From the NCBI GenBank assembly GCA_012727685.1, contig JAAYGO010000143.1, positions 1 to 62,777 on the forward strand: a stretch of 62,777 bases of DNA. The letters run 5' to 3'. Below the pieces are notes generated by a model that saw only the letters and a list, made by a program, of their open reading frames with translations, was not told the origin of the DNA and did no database searches. Of this stretch, positions 39,730-48,402 are shown piece by piece (position 1 is the first letter of the stretch; every line of letters begins with the position of its first letter). The stretch comes from Bacillota bacterium. Its GTDB lineage: Bacteria; Bacillota; Dethiobacteria; DTU022. A program made the translations under genes and the position numbers.

Positions 39730-41220
39730 ATGAACGAAGCAAGAAGAGCTGGTATCACCGATACCTCATTTCGCGATGCCCATCAATCGCTTCTTGCGAC
39801 GAGGATGCGCCTTGACGAAATGCTGCCGATCGCCGAATTAATGGACCAGGTCGGCTTTCATTCGATGGAGGTATGGGGCGGCGCCACTTTTGATGCCTGC
39901 ATGCGTTTTCTGGATGAAGATCCATGGGAGCGCCTGCGAAAATTGCGCCGCGCCATTAAGAAAACAAAGCTGCAAATGCTGCTGCGCGGGCAAAACATTG
40001 TCGGATACCGCCACTATGCCGACGATGTGGTTGCCGAATTTATCAAGCGTGCCGTGGCGGGCGGCATTGATATTATCCGCATTTTCGATGCTTTAAATGA
40101 TTTGCGCAACATGGAGCAGGCCATGCGCTGCACCAGCGACGAGGGGGCGCATGCACAGGGTACGATCTGCTATACGATCAGCCCGGTGCACAATATCGAT
40201 CATTTTGTCTCCGTCGGAAAAGAGCTAAAGGATTTGGGAGCCGATTCGATCTGTATTAAGGATATGGCCGGCCTGCTCTCCCCGGGCGATGCTTTTGAAC
40301 TGGTGCGCCGCTTGAAGGAGGAGGTGGGGCTGCCGGTGCAGCTGCATTGCCATTATACCAGCGGCATGGCCTCCATGTCCTACTTGAAGGCCATCGAGGC
40401 CGGGGTAGATGTAGTAGATACCGCCAACGCCGCTTTATCCCTGGGCTCCAGCCAGCCCCCCACGGACAGCATCGTGGCGGCGCTGCGCAATACCCCCTAT
40501 GATACCGGTTTGGACCTGGAACTTTTGGCCCAGATCAGCGACTATTTCAAGGAGATCAGCCGCCGCTACAATATCCCTCGCGATATTTTGGGCGTGGATA
40601 CCAATGTGCTCAGTTACCAGATCCCTGGGGGTATGATCTCCAACCTGGCCTCCCAACTGGCGGAACAGAAAGCGTCACACCTGCTCAAAGAGGTTCTGGC
40701 AGAGGTGCCGCGCGTCAGGGCCGATTTAGGCTATCCTCCCCTGGTGACGCCGAGCAGCCAGATTGTCGGCACCCAGGCGGTGGTCAACGTCCTCTTGGGT
40801 GAACGCTATAAGATGGTTTCCACGGAGATCAAGAATTACCTGCGCGGCTATTACGGCCGGCCGCCGGGAGAAGTGAACCGGGAGGTTGTAAAAAAAGTAC
40901 TGAAAGACGAAACTCCGATTGCCGTCCGTCCGGCGGACCTTTTGGAGCCCCAATTGGAACAGGCGCGCGCCGAGCTGGGCGACCTGGCGGAAACGGATGA
41001 AGATGTGCTTTCCTATATACTCTTTCCCAATGTGGCCCTTGATTTCTTCAAACGGCGCCGCGGCCTGCTGCCCCCCTTGTCCCGGGAAGGCGAAGGAAGT
41101 GCCGCCCAGCCCCGGGAAAAGAAGCCGGTGCATCAAAAAGGGCCGGAGCCGGCGGACTTGCACCATGTCGATCATTCACTGATCTGTTGTGATGAAAGCA
41201 ACCTGGTCTATCCGGCTTAA
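39730..41220 (+). CDS. carboxyltransferase of the oxaloacetate decarboxylase alpha / pyruvate carboxylase B / transcarboxylase 5S family, without biotinyl domain
   Basis: N-terminal ITDTSFRDAHQSLLATRMR and an HMGL-like TIM-barrel pattern through about aa 450. It ends after a Pro/Lys linker with no AMKM biotinyl domain. Confidence 0.8.
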   Translation: MNEARRAGITDTSFRDAHQSLLATRMRLDEMLPIAELMDQVGFHSMEVWGGATFDACMRFLDEDPWERLRKLRRAIKKTKLQMLLRGQNIVGYRHYADDVVAEFIKRAVAGGIDIIRIFDALNDLRNMEQAMRCTSDEGAHAQGTICYTISPVHNIDHFVSVGKELKDLGADSICIKDMAGLLSPGDAFELVRRLKEEVGLPVQLHCHYTSGMASMSYLKAIEAGVDVVDTANAALSLGSSQPPTDSIVAALRNTPYDTGLDLELLAQISDYFKEISRRYNIPRDILGVDTNVLSYQIPGGMISNLASQLAEQKASHLLKEVLAEVPRVRADLGYPPLVTPSSQIVGTQAVVNVLLGERYKMVSTEIKNYLRGYYGRPPGEVNREVVKKVLKDETPIAVRPADLLEPQLEQARAELGDLAETDEDVLSYILFPNVALDFFKRRRGLLPPLSREGEGSAAQPREKKPVHQKGPEPADLHHVDHSLICCDESNLVYPA

Positions 41221-41226
41221 TTTTAA

Positions 41227-41256
41227 TTGACATCCGCCGGTTAAGCAGGTTATAAT
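41227..41256 (+). promoter_or_regulatory. sigma-A promoter of the ilv-leu leader
   Basis: TTGACA (41227-41232), an 18 nt spacer, then TATAAT (41251-41256). Confidence 0.6.
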
Positions 41257-41262
41257 AATAGT

Positions 41263-41520
41263 CACTATTTTTCTACAGGCTGTGAAAGGCAGGAGTAGGC
41301 GTTTTTCCCCCTACAGAGATCCGGGCTAGCTGGAAACCGGAGGGGCGATGTGCTGAACGTCGGCCTGGAGCCGTTTGGCTGAAAATATTAAAGTAAGCCA
41401 AACCGGTTGCTGCCGTTACCAGCGTGAGTATGCCGAATACCCTTATACTAGCATGGTATGATGGAAGAAGGGTGGTACCGCGGAGGAGAATCCTTCGTCC
41501 CTTTGGGCGAAGGTTTTTTT
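41263..41520 (+). promoter_or_regulatory. T-box riboswitch leader (branched-chain amino acid operon)
   Basis: Stem I has AGTA (about 41293), an AG bulge ACAGAGA and a distal loop GCTAGCTGGAAA. An F-box-like GCCGTTACC lies at about 41412. Stem III is ATAC-TAGCATG-GTAT. The T-box sequence GGGTGGTACCGCG lies at 41470-41482. The terminator hairpin CCTTCGTCC-CTTT-GGGCGAAGG plus T7 lies at 41492-41520. Confidence 0.85.
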
Positions 41521-41559
41521 ATAATTGGAAAAATACTAGGAATGAGAGGCGAATTGGAG

Positions 41560-42435
41560 ATGGGAAAAAAAGTTTTCATTAACGGGCGGCTGGTCCCCTG
41601 CGAAGAGGCCAAGGTCTCGGTTTTTGATCATGGCTTTCTCTACGGTGACGGGGTCTTCGAAGGGATCCGGGCTTACAATGGTCGCGTCTTTAAACTAGAG
41701 GAACACATTGATCGGCTTTTTGAATCGGCTCATTCGATCTTGCTGCCTATCCCCTACAGCCGGGATGAAATGATTGAAGCGGTGGTCAACACCGTGCGGG
41801 CAAATGAACTGCGGGATGCATATATTAGATTGGTTGTCTCCCGGGGCATAGGGGATCTGGGGCTGGATCCCCGCAATTGCAAAGAAAGCACGGTGGTGAT
41901 CATCGCCGATAAAATAACCCTCTATCCGGAGGATCTGTATGAAAAGGGTTTGGCTGTAATTACCGTGGCCACCCGGCGCAATGCGGTCGATGCCCTTGAT
42001 CCGAAGATCAAATCTCTAAATTACTTGAATAATATACTAGTGAAAATAGAGGCAAACCGGGCCGGTGTCCTGGAGGCGATCATGCTGACCGGCAACGGCT
42101 ATGTCAGCGAGTGTTCAGGAGACAATGTCTTTATCTACCGGAAGGGGGTCCTGATTACGCCGCCGTCATACCTGGGGATTTTAGAAGGGGTGACCCGCTC
42201 CGTAATCATGGATATAGCCCAAAAGGAAGGAATACCTGTCAAAGAAGTGCCGTTTACCCGGCATGATCTTTACGTGGCGGATGAATGCTTCTTAACCGGC
42301 ACCGCCGCCGAAATCATCCCGGTAATCAATGTTGATATGCGGGCGATTGGTACAGGCGCTCCCGGACCGGTTACGCGCCGCCTGACAAAGCTCTACCGCG
42401 AACTGGCGATGAGCGAAGGAACGCCTATTAAATAA
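41560..42435 (+). CDS. ilvE: branched-chain amino acid aminotransferase (class IV fold)
   Basis: MGKKVFINGRLVPCEEAKVSVFDHGFLYGDGVFEGIRAY... is a class IV aminotransferase signature, 291 aa. The track start 41458 lies inside the T-box terminator region and is rejected. Confidence 0.85.
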   Translation: MGKKVFINGRLVPCEEAKVSVFDHGFLYGDGVFEGIRAYNGRVFKLEEHIDRLFESAHSILLPIPYSRDEMIEAVVNTVRANELRDAYIRLVVSRGIGDLGLDPRNCKESTVVIIADKITLYPEDLYEKGLAVITVATRRNAVDALDPKIKSLNYLNNILVKIEANRAGVLEAIMLTGNGYVSECSGDNVFIYRKGVLITPPSYLGILEGVTRSVIMDIAQKEGIPVKEVPFTRHDLYVADECFLTGTAAEIIPVINVDMRAIGTGAPGPVTRRLTKLYRELAMSEGTPIK

Positions 42436-42465
42436 CCTGTTAGCATAAAAGAGAGGGGATCAAGG

Positions 42466-44151
42466 ATGCGAAGCCATAATGTCACCAAGGGCCTGGAGCG
42501 GGCTCCACATCGCTCTTTGTTTTGGGCGTCCGGATATCATCCTGCAGAGCTGGAACGCCCCCTGGTGGGAATCGTAAATTCCGCCAATGAAATTGTCCCT
42601 GGCCATGTTCACCTGGCCAAAATCGCCGAGGCGGTCAAGGCCGGGGTGCGGCTGGCAGGCGGCACCCCGGTGGAGTTTTGCACCATTGCCGTGTGCGACG
42701 GTATCGCCATGAACCACAAGGGAATGCACTATTCACTGGCCAGCAGGGAAATCATCGCCGACAGCGTTGAAACCATGGTCGAGGCGCACAGTTTCGACGC
42801 CGTGGTTCTGGTTTCTAACTGCGACAAAATCACCCCGGGCATGTTGATGGCCGCTGCCCGCCTTGATTTGCCGGCTGTTCTTGTGAGCGGCGGTCCGATG
42901 CTGGCCGGCGAATACCGCGGGAAAAAAATAGATCTCAATTCCCTTTTTGAAGGGGTGGGCGCCGCGCGCGGGGGACTCATTTCGGAGGAAGAGCTGCACG
43001 AAATGGAGCTGAACGCCTGCCCGGGCTGCGGTTCATGCGCCGGCATGTTTACCGCCAACTCCATGAACTGTATCGCTGAAGCCCTGGGTATAGCGCTGCC
43101 CGGCAATGGCACCAGGTTGGCGGTCAGTGCTGCACGGGTGCGGCTCGCCAAAGAGGCGGGAATCAGGGTGATGGAGCTGCTGCGGGCCGGTATTACGGCC
43201 AGGCAGATTTTAACGAAAGAGGCCTTCATCAACGCCCTTACGGTGGATATGGCCCTGGGGTGTTCCACCAATACCCTTTTGCACCTTTGCGCGGTAGCCC
43301 ATGAGCTGGGAATTCGCCTTGACCTGGAAATGATCAACGCGATCAGCCGCAGGGTTCCGCAGCTCTGCCTGCTTAGCCCTGCCGGCCTCAACCGGATTGA
43401 AGATCTTGACCGCGCCGGCGGCATCCCGTCGGTCATGCGTGAACTGGCCGCAGGCAAGCTGCTGGATTTGGAGCAGATCACGGTAACCGGAAAGACGGTA
43501 AGGGAAAATTTAACAGAAGCGCCCCCTCCTGACCGGGAAGTGATTCGCTCCCTGGAAGAGCCTTACCGCAGCGAGGGTGGACTGGCAGTTTTATTTGGTA
43601 ACCTCGCTCCCGAGGGTGCTGTAGTTAAGCAGGGGGCGGTATCGGAAAAAATGCAGGTCTTTGAAGGCACGGCCCGGGTCTTTGACAGTGAAGATAGCGC
43701 TGTAGAAGCCATATTGCAGGGTTCGATCAAACCGGGCAGTGTGATCGTCGTCCGTTACGAAGGACCGCGGGGCGGGCCCGGCATGCGGGAAATGCTTACG
43801 CCGACCGCCGCGGTGACGGGGATGGGATTGGGCGATTCAGTGGCCCTGATCACAGACGGCCGTTTTTCCGGTGCTACCCGGGGTGCCTGCATCGGCCATG
43901 TTTCACCCGAAGCAGCGGCAGGAGGGCCCATCGCTTTGGTGATGGAAGGTGACCGGATCAGCATCGATATCCCCCGGAGGCGGCTTGAGCTGCTGGTGAG
44001 CGAAGAAGAGCTGCAGCGCCGCAGAGCGGCCTGGATGCGTCCGGCCCCGAAAATCGACCGCGGCTACCTGCGGCGCTATGCCGCCCAGGTAACATCGGCC
44101 AGCCGGGGAGCGGTTTTGCTCTCTGCTGATGAGGCAGGTGCCGGCTCGTGA
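42466..44151 (+). CDS. ilvD: dihydroxy-acid dehydratase
   Basis: [18 protein letters not shown], the CDKITPGM Fe-S ligand motif and ...[18 protein letters not shown]. Confidence 0.95.
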   Translation: MRSHNVTKGLERAPHRSLFWASGYHPAELERPLVGIVNSANEIVPGHVHLAKIAEAVKAGVRLAGGTPVEFCTIAVCDGIAMNHKGMHYSLASREIIADSVETMVEAHSFDAVVLVSNCDKITPGMLMAAARLDLPAVLVSGGPMLAGEYRGKKIDLNSLFEGVGAARGGLISEEELHEMELNACPGCGSCAGMFTANSMNCIAEALGIALPGNGTRLAVSAARVRLAKEAGIRVMELLRAGITARQILTKEAFINALTVDMALGCSTNTLLHLCAVAHELGIRLDLEMINAISRRVPQLCLLSPAGLNRIEDLDRAGGIPSVMRELAAGKLLDLEQITVTGKTVRENLTEAPPPDREVIRSLEEPYRSEGGLAVLFGNLAPEGAVVKQGAVSEKMQVFEGTARVFDSEDSAVEAILQGSIKPGSVIVVRYEGPRGGPGMREMLTPTAAVTGMGLGDSVALITDGRFSGATRGACIGHVSPEAAAGGPIALVMEGDRISIDIPRRRLELLVSEEELQRRRAAWMRPAPKIDRGYLRRYAAQVTSASRGAVLLSADEAGAGS

Positions 44152-45836
44152 AGAAGATGAAGGGAGCAGCAATGATTATCGCCGCCCTGGAGCATGAGCA
44201 GGTGGAGGTGATCTTTGGCTATCCCGGGGGAGCGGTTCTTCCCCTCTATGATGCGCTCTATCATGCCCAGATAAAACACATCCTGACGCGCCATGAGCAG
44301 GCTGCGGTCCACGCCGCTGACGGCTACGCCAGGGTTAAGGGGAAGCCCGGTGTCGTATTCGCCACCTCCGGCCCCGGCGCCACAAACCTGGTTACCGGTA
44401 TCGCCACCGCCTATATGGACTCCGTTCCCCTGGTCATCATCACCGGGCAGGTGGCAACCAAATTGATCGGCACCGATTCTTTTCAGGAAGCCGATATCAC
44501 GGGCATTACCTTGCCGATCACCAAGCACAACTACCTGGTCGGCTCCATTGAAGAGTTGCCTGTGACGCTGGCGGAAGCCTTTTATATTGCTTCCACCGGC
44601 CGCTGCGGGCCGGTATTGATCGATATCCCCAAAGACGTGATGGAGCAGGAAGGTACTTTCTGCTATGAACGGAATCGGGAGATACCCGGCTACCGGCCGA
44701 CTTATGTGGGGCACCCGGGCCAGATTAACCGCATGGTTAAAGCAATCAAGGAAGCGCGCAGGCCGGTCATTTTTGCCGGCGGGGGTGTGATCCGATCTGG
44801 GGCTGCTGCCGAATTGCGGGAACTGGCGATCAAGTGCCGCATCCCGGTTACCCTCTCCTTAATGAGCCTGGGAGCTTTCCCCGGGGATAACCCCCTTTTT
44901 CTCGGCATGCCGGGGATGCACGGCATGGTGGCGGCCAACTTTGCCCTCACGGAGGCCGACCTGATCATTGCCCTTGGCGCCCGCTTCGACGATCGGGTAA
45001 CCGGCAAGCTGGAACAATTCGCTTCAGAAGCGAAAATTATTCACGTGGATATCGATCCGGCGGAAATCGGGAAAAATGTGCCCATTGATATCCCCATTGT
45101 CGGCGATGTCAAGCAGGTGATCAGGGAGCTCTTGAAACGGGTGCAGCCGGGAGACACGAGCGATTGGCTGCAGCGGATCGAGGAATGGCAAGCGCGCTAT
45201 CCCCTGAGCGAGGGAACGGCTCCGTCTTCGGGCAAGCTCAAACCCCAGTTCGTGATCCGGGAGATCAACCGCCTGACCGGCGGTAAAGCACTGATCACCA
45301 CGGATGTGGGGCAGCACCAGATGTGGGTGGCACAGCATTATTGTTTCCGGGAGCCCCGTACCTTTTTGACTTCCGGCGGCCTGGGCACAATGGGATACGG
45401 TTTCCCCGCCGCCATCGGCGCCAAGCTGGCCAGCCCTGCTAGCACGGTGATCTGCATTACCGGTGACGGCAGTTTTCAAATGAATATCCAGGAGCTGGCT
45501 ACGGTGGTTTGCGGAAATTACGATCTTAAAGTAGTAGTATTAAACAACGGCTGCCTGGGCATGGTCCGCCAGTGGCAGGAGCTCTTCTTCGAGAAACGCT
45601 ACTCGCAAAGCTTATTGCATGGCAATCCCGATTTTGCCCGGGTGGCCGAAGCATTTGGCGCCACCGGTTTGCGCGTCTCCACGGCGGATGAAGCGACCGC
45701 CGCCCTCGAAAAAGCCCTTTCCGTGCGCGGTCCCGTTGTCATAGACTGTCTGATTGATCCGGCCGAAAATGTTTACCCCATGGTTGCGCCGAACCGCCCG
45801 ATTAACGAGATCATCACCGGGAGGGATTTAGAATGA
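44148..45836 (+). CDS. ilvB: acetolactate synthase large (catalytic) subunit
   Basis: [32 protein letters not shown] and the ThDP motif GDGSFQMN...NNG. Start is uncertain (GTG 44148 overlapping the ilvD stop, or ATG 44157). Confidence 0.93.
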   Translation: MKKMKGAAMIIAALEHEQVEVIFGYPGGAVLPLYDALYHAQIKHILTRHEQAAVHAADGYARVKGKPGVVFATSGPGATNLVTGIATAYMDSVPLVIITGQVATKLIGTDSFQEADITGITLPITKHNYLVGSIEELPVTLAEAFYIASTGRCGPVLIDIPKDVMEQEGTFCYERNREIPGYRPTYVGHPGQINRMVKAIKEARRPVIFAGGGVIRSGAAAELRELAIKCRIPVTLSLMSLGAFPGDNPLFLGMPGMHGMVAANFALTEADLIIALGARFDDRVTGKLEQFASEAKIIHVDIDPAEIGKNVPIDIPIVGDVKQVIRELLKRVQPGDTSDWLQRIEEWQARYPLSEGTAPSSGKLKPQFVIREINRLTGGKALITTDVGQHQMWVAQHYCFREPRTFLTSGGLGTMGYGFPAAIGAKLASPASTVICITGDGSFQMNIQELATVVCGNYDLKVVVLNNGCLGMVRQWQELFFEKRYSQSLLHGNPDFARVAEAFGATGLRVSTADEATAALEKALSVRGPVVIDCLIDPAENVYPMVAPNRPINEIITGRDLE

Positions 45837-46351
45837 AACATGTGCTGGCCATACTGGTGGAAAACAAGTCGGGCGTTCTGGCCCGGGTGGCCGGCCTCTT
45901 CAGCAGGCGTGGATTCAATATTGACAGCATTACCGTGGGAGAGACGACTGAGCCGGGTATCTCCAGGATGACCATCACCCTGGAGGGGGATGAAGCGGTA
46001 GTAGAGCAGGTCATGAAGCAGCTCAATAAATTGATTAACGTGCTCAAAGTAAGCAACCTCTCCCAGGAACCCGCGGTAATGCGCGAGCTCATGCTGATTA
46101 AAGTGCGCGCGGAGCCTCACACCAGAAGCGATATCCAGCAGATCGTGGAGACTTTCCGCGGCAAAGTGGTTGACGTCTCGTTAAATTCGATGATTATCGA
46201 GGTTACCGGCAATGACGAGAAGCTGGAGGCAATCGTGCTGCTGCTGCAGCATTACGGGATTAGGGAAATTGTGCGCACCGGCAATATCGCCCTCCTTAGG
46301 GGGGCGAAGGTGACCCGCGAAAACGGGGAGGCGCGGCGATCGAAGGGATGA
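45833..46351 (+). CDS. ilvN: acetolactate synthase small (regulatory) subunit
   Basis: [36 protein letters not shown] is an ACT-domain signature. ATGA overlap with ilvB. Confidence 0.92.
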   Translation: MKHVLAILVENKSGVLARVAGLFSRRGFNIDSITVGETTEPGISRMTITLEGDEAVVEQVMKQLNKLINVLKVSNLSQEPAVMRELMLIKVRAEPHTRSDIQQIVETFRGKVVDVSLNSMIIEVTGNDEKLEAIVLLLQHYGIREIVRTGNIALLRGAKVTRENGEARRSKG

Positions 46352-46533
46352 TTCTTATGAGTTTAGCGGTTAATCCGGTAATTTGTATATTTTTGTGATA
46401 AGTTGTCGCCATTTTTAATTCCTTGTAGATAAAAAACGAATTCGTATAACGTAATACATGAGGGGCTCTCTTCTATCTGGCCACATAGCTTTTGTCATAA
46501 TTTGTCGGGTAACAAAAAGGAGCTGATCGAATC

Positions 46534-47802
46534 TTGAGTGGACAAACAATGATTGAAAAAATCCTGGCGCGGGGAGCCGGAAAAAAAGAGGTTAAACCAG
46601 GTGACCTGGTAAGCGTTAAAGTTGACCTGTCCCTGGGAAACGATATTACCGCTCCCGTGGCGATCAAGGAATTTGAGCGGCTTGGCCTTGACCGCGTCTT
46701 TGACCCGGAGAAAGTGGTCCTGGTGCCGGATCATTTTACGCCAAACCGCGATATTGCCGCCGCCGAGCAGGCCCTCTTGGTGCGCCGCTTTGCCGAAAAG
46801 TATGGCATCAGGCATTATTTTGAAATCGGGCGCATGGGCATCGAACATGCCCTGTTGCCGGAACAAGGCCTGGTCTTGCCGGGGCAGATTATCATCGGCG
46901 CCGATTCGCATACCTGCACCTACGGTGCCCTGGGCGCTTTTGCCACCGGCGTCGGTTCCACCGACCTGGCGGCAGCGATGGCCATCGGCGAAGCCTGGTT
47001 CAAGGTGCCGTCCACCATGAGGTTTATTTACGAAGGCGAGCTGCCACCCTGGGTAGATGGCAAGGATTTGATCCTTTACACCATCGGGCAGATCGGGGTG
47101 GAGGGGGCCAGGTATAAAGCCATGGCCTTCTGCGGTCCGGTGATCGAAAAGTTGCCCATGGACGGCCGCTTAACCATGGCCAATATGGCCATCGAGGCCG
47201 GTGGCAAATGCGGCTATATGGAACCGGATGCGGTTACCTTCAGTTACCTGGAAGGCAGAACCGCTCAGCCTTATGAACCCGTTTATGGCGATGCGGACGC
47301 AGTTTATGAGCAAACTCTCACCTTTGATGTGAGCCGCATGGAGCCCCAGGTAGCCTTCCCCCCTGCTCCGGACAATACCCATCCGGTGTCAGAAGCGGCG
47401 GGGATCAAAATCGATCAGGTTGTGATCGGTTCCTGCACCAACGGCCGGCTGGAAGATTTGCGGCGGGCAGCAGCGATCTTGAAGGGGCGGCGGGTCCATC
47501 CCCGCGTTCGCCTGATCATCATTCCCGCGACGCAAAGAATCTACCGCCAGGCGATGGCTGAAGGGCTGATGGATATATTTGTGGAGGCGGAAGCGGCGAT
47601 CAGCACACCCACCTGCGGCCCTTGCCTCGGCGGGCATATGGGTATTCTGGCGCGCGGCGAGAAGGCGCTGGCTACCACCAACCGGAATTTTGTGGGGCGG
47701 ATGGGTCATCCGGAAAGTGAAATTTTCCTGTGCAACCCGGCCGTCGCCGCCGCTTCAGCGATCGCCGGTGAGATCGTGCATCCAGAGGAGGTAATGGCAT
47801 GA
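46534..47802 (+). CDS. leuC: 3-isopropylmalate (or homologous hydroxyacid) dehydratase large subunit, short archaeal-type LeuC
   Basis: MIEKILARGAG..., the aconitase-family Fe-S ligands GADSHT, GSCTNGR and CGPCLG. 422 aa. TTG start with AGGAG 11 nt upstream. Confidence 0.9.
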   Translation: MSGQTMIEKILARGAGKKEVKPGDLVSVKVDLSLGNDITAPVAIKEFERLGLDRVFDPEKVVLVPDHFTPNRDIAAAEQALLVRRFAEKYGIRHYFEIGRMGIEHALLPEQGLVLPGQIIIGADSHTCTYGALGAFATGVGSTDLAAAMAIGEAWFKVPSTMRFIYEGELPPWVDGKDLILYTIGQIGVEGARYKAMAFCGPVIEKLPMDGRLTMANMAIEAGGKCGYMEPDAVTFSYLEGRTAQPYEPVYGDADAVYEQTLTFDVSRMEPQVAFPPAPDNTHPVSEAAGIKIDQVVIGSCTNGRLEDLRRAAAILKGRRVHPRVRLIIIPATQRIYRQAMAEGLMDIFVEAEAAISTPTCGPCLGGHMGILARGEKALATTNRNFVGRMGHPESEIFLCNPAVAAASAIAGEIVHPEEVMA

Positions 47803-48296
47803 TTTTGGAAGGCAAGGTCTGGTTGTTTGGAGACAATGTGGATACCGACGCCATCATACCGGCGCGCTACCTGAGCGCGACCGATCCGGAAGAGCTGGCC
47901 GCCCATTGCATGGAAGATATCAACCCTGATTTTGCCGCCTCCGTGCAGGCGGGCGATCTGCTGGTCGCCGGCTCGAATTTCGGCTGCGGCAGTTCCCGGG
48001 AGCACGCGCCCCTTGCTTTAAAGGGAGCCGGAGTGTCTTGTGTGATCGCGAAGAGCTTTGCCCGTATTTTTTATCGCAACGCCATCAATATCGGGCTGCC
48101 GATCCTCGAATGCGAGGCTGAACTATCTCGCATTCTGGCCCCGGGCGAGTTGCTCCGCGTAGATTTAAGCGCAGGGATGATCATACGCCTCTCCGATGGA
48201 AGCCGTTACCAGGCGGCGCCGTTTCCCACCTTTATGCAGGAAATTATCCAGCAGGGTGGGTTGATAGAATATGTCCGCCATCGCCTTAAACGCTAA
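47799..48296 (+). CDS. leuD: 3-isopropylmalate dehydratase small subunit
   Basis: [21 protein letters not shown] and GSSREHAP motifs. ATGA overlap with leuC. Confidence 0.9.
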   Translation: MILEGKVWLFGDNVDTDAIIPARYLSATDPEELAAHCMEDINPDFAASVQAGDLLVAGSNFGCGSSREHAPLALKGAGVSCVIAKSFARIFYRNAINIGLPILECEAELSRILAPGELLRVDLSAGMIIRLSDGSRYQAAPFPTFMQEIIQQGGLIEYVRHRLKR

Positions 48297-48316
48297 TCAT
48301 AATCGGCATCAATAAT

Positions 48317-48344
48317 TTGCAAATCCGGCTTTTTAAGCTATAAT
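48317..48344 (+). promoter_or_regulatory. candidate sigma-A promoter of the EF-G paralogue
   Basis: TTGCAA (48317-48322), a 16 nt spacer, then TATAAT (48339-48344). RBS AAGGAGG precedes ATG 48403. Confidence 0.45.
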
Positions 48345-48402
48345 GGCTAGGGTGAATTCTAATGCCTGGATCGAACCCGGGTAGCTCTAAGGAGGAGTAT
48401 GT

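Noticed and set aside
41458-41559. 5' extension of the ilvE track ORF (MMEEGWYRGGESF...)
   Set aside because: It overlaps the T-box core sequence and the intrinsic terminator. The conserved aminotransferase sequence begins at ATG 41560.
42729-43481. 250-aa minus-strand ORF
   Set aside because: It is entirely antisense to ilvD, which has an unmistakable dehydratase signature. The composition is Ser/Arg/Ala/Pro-rich, as expected of a shadow frame in GC-rich coding DNA. It has no RBS or motif.
45037-45052. parS-like CACGTG core (TTATTCACGTGGATAT) inside ilvB
   Set aside because: It has six mismatches to the 16-bp parS consensus and is almost certainly coincidental.
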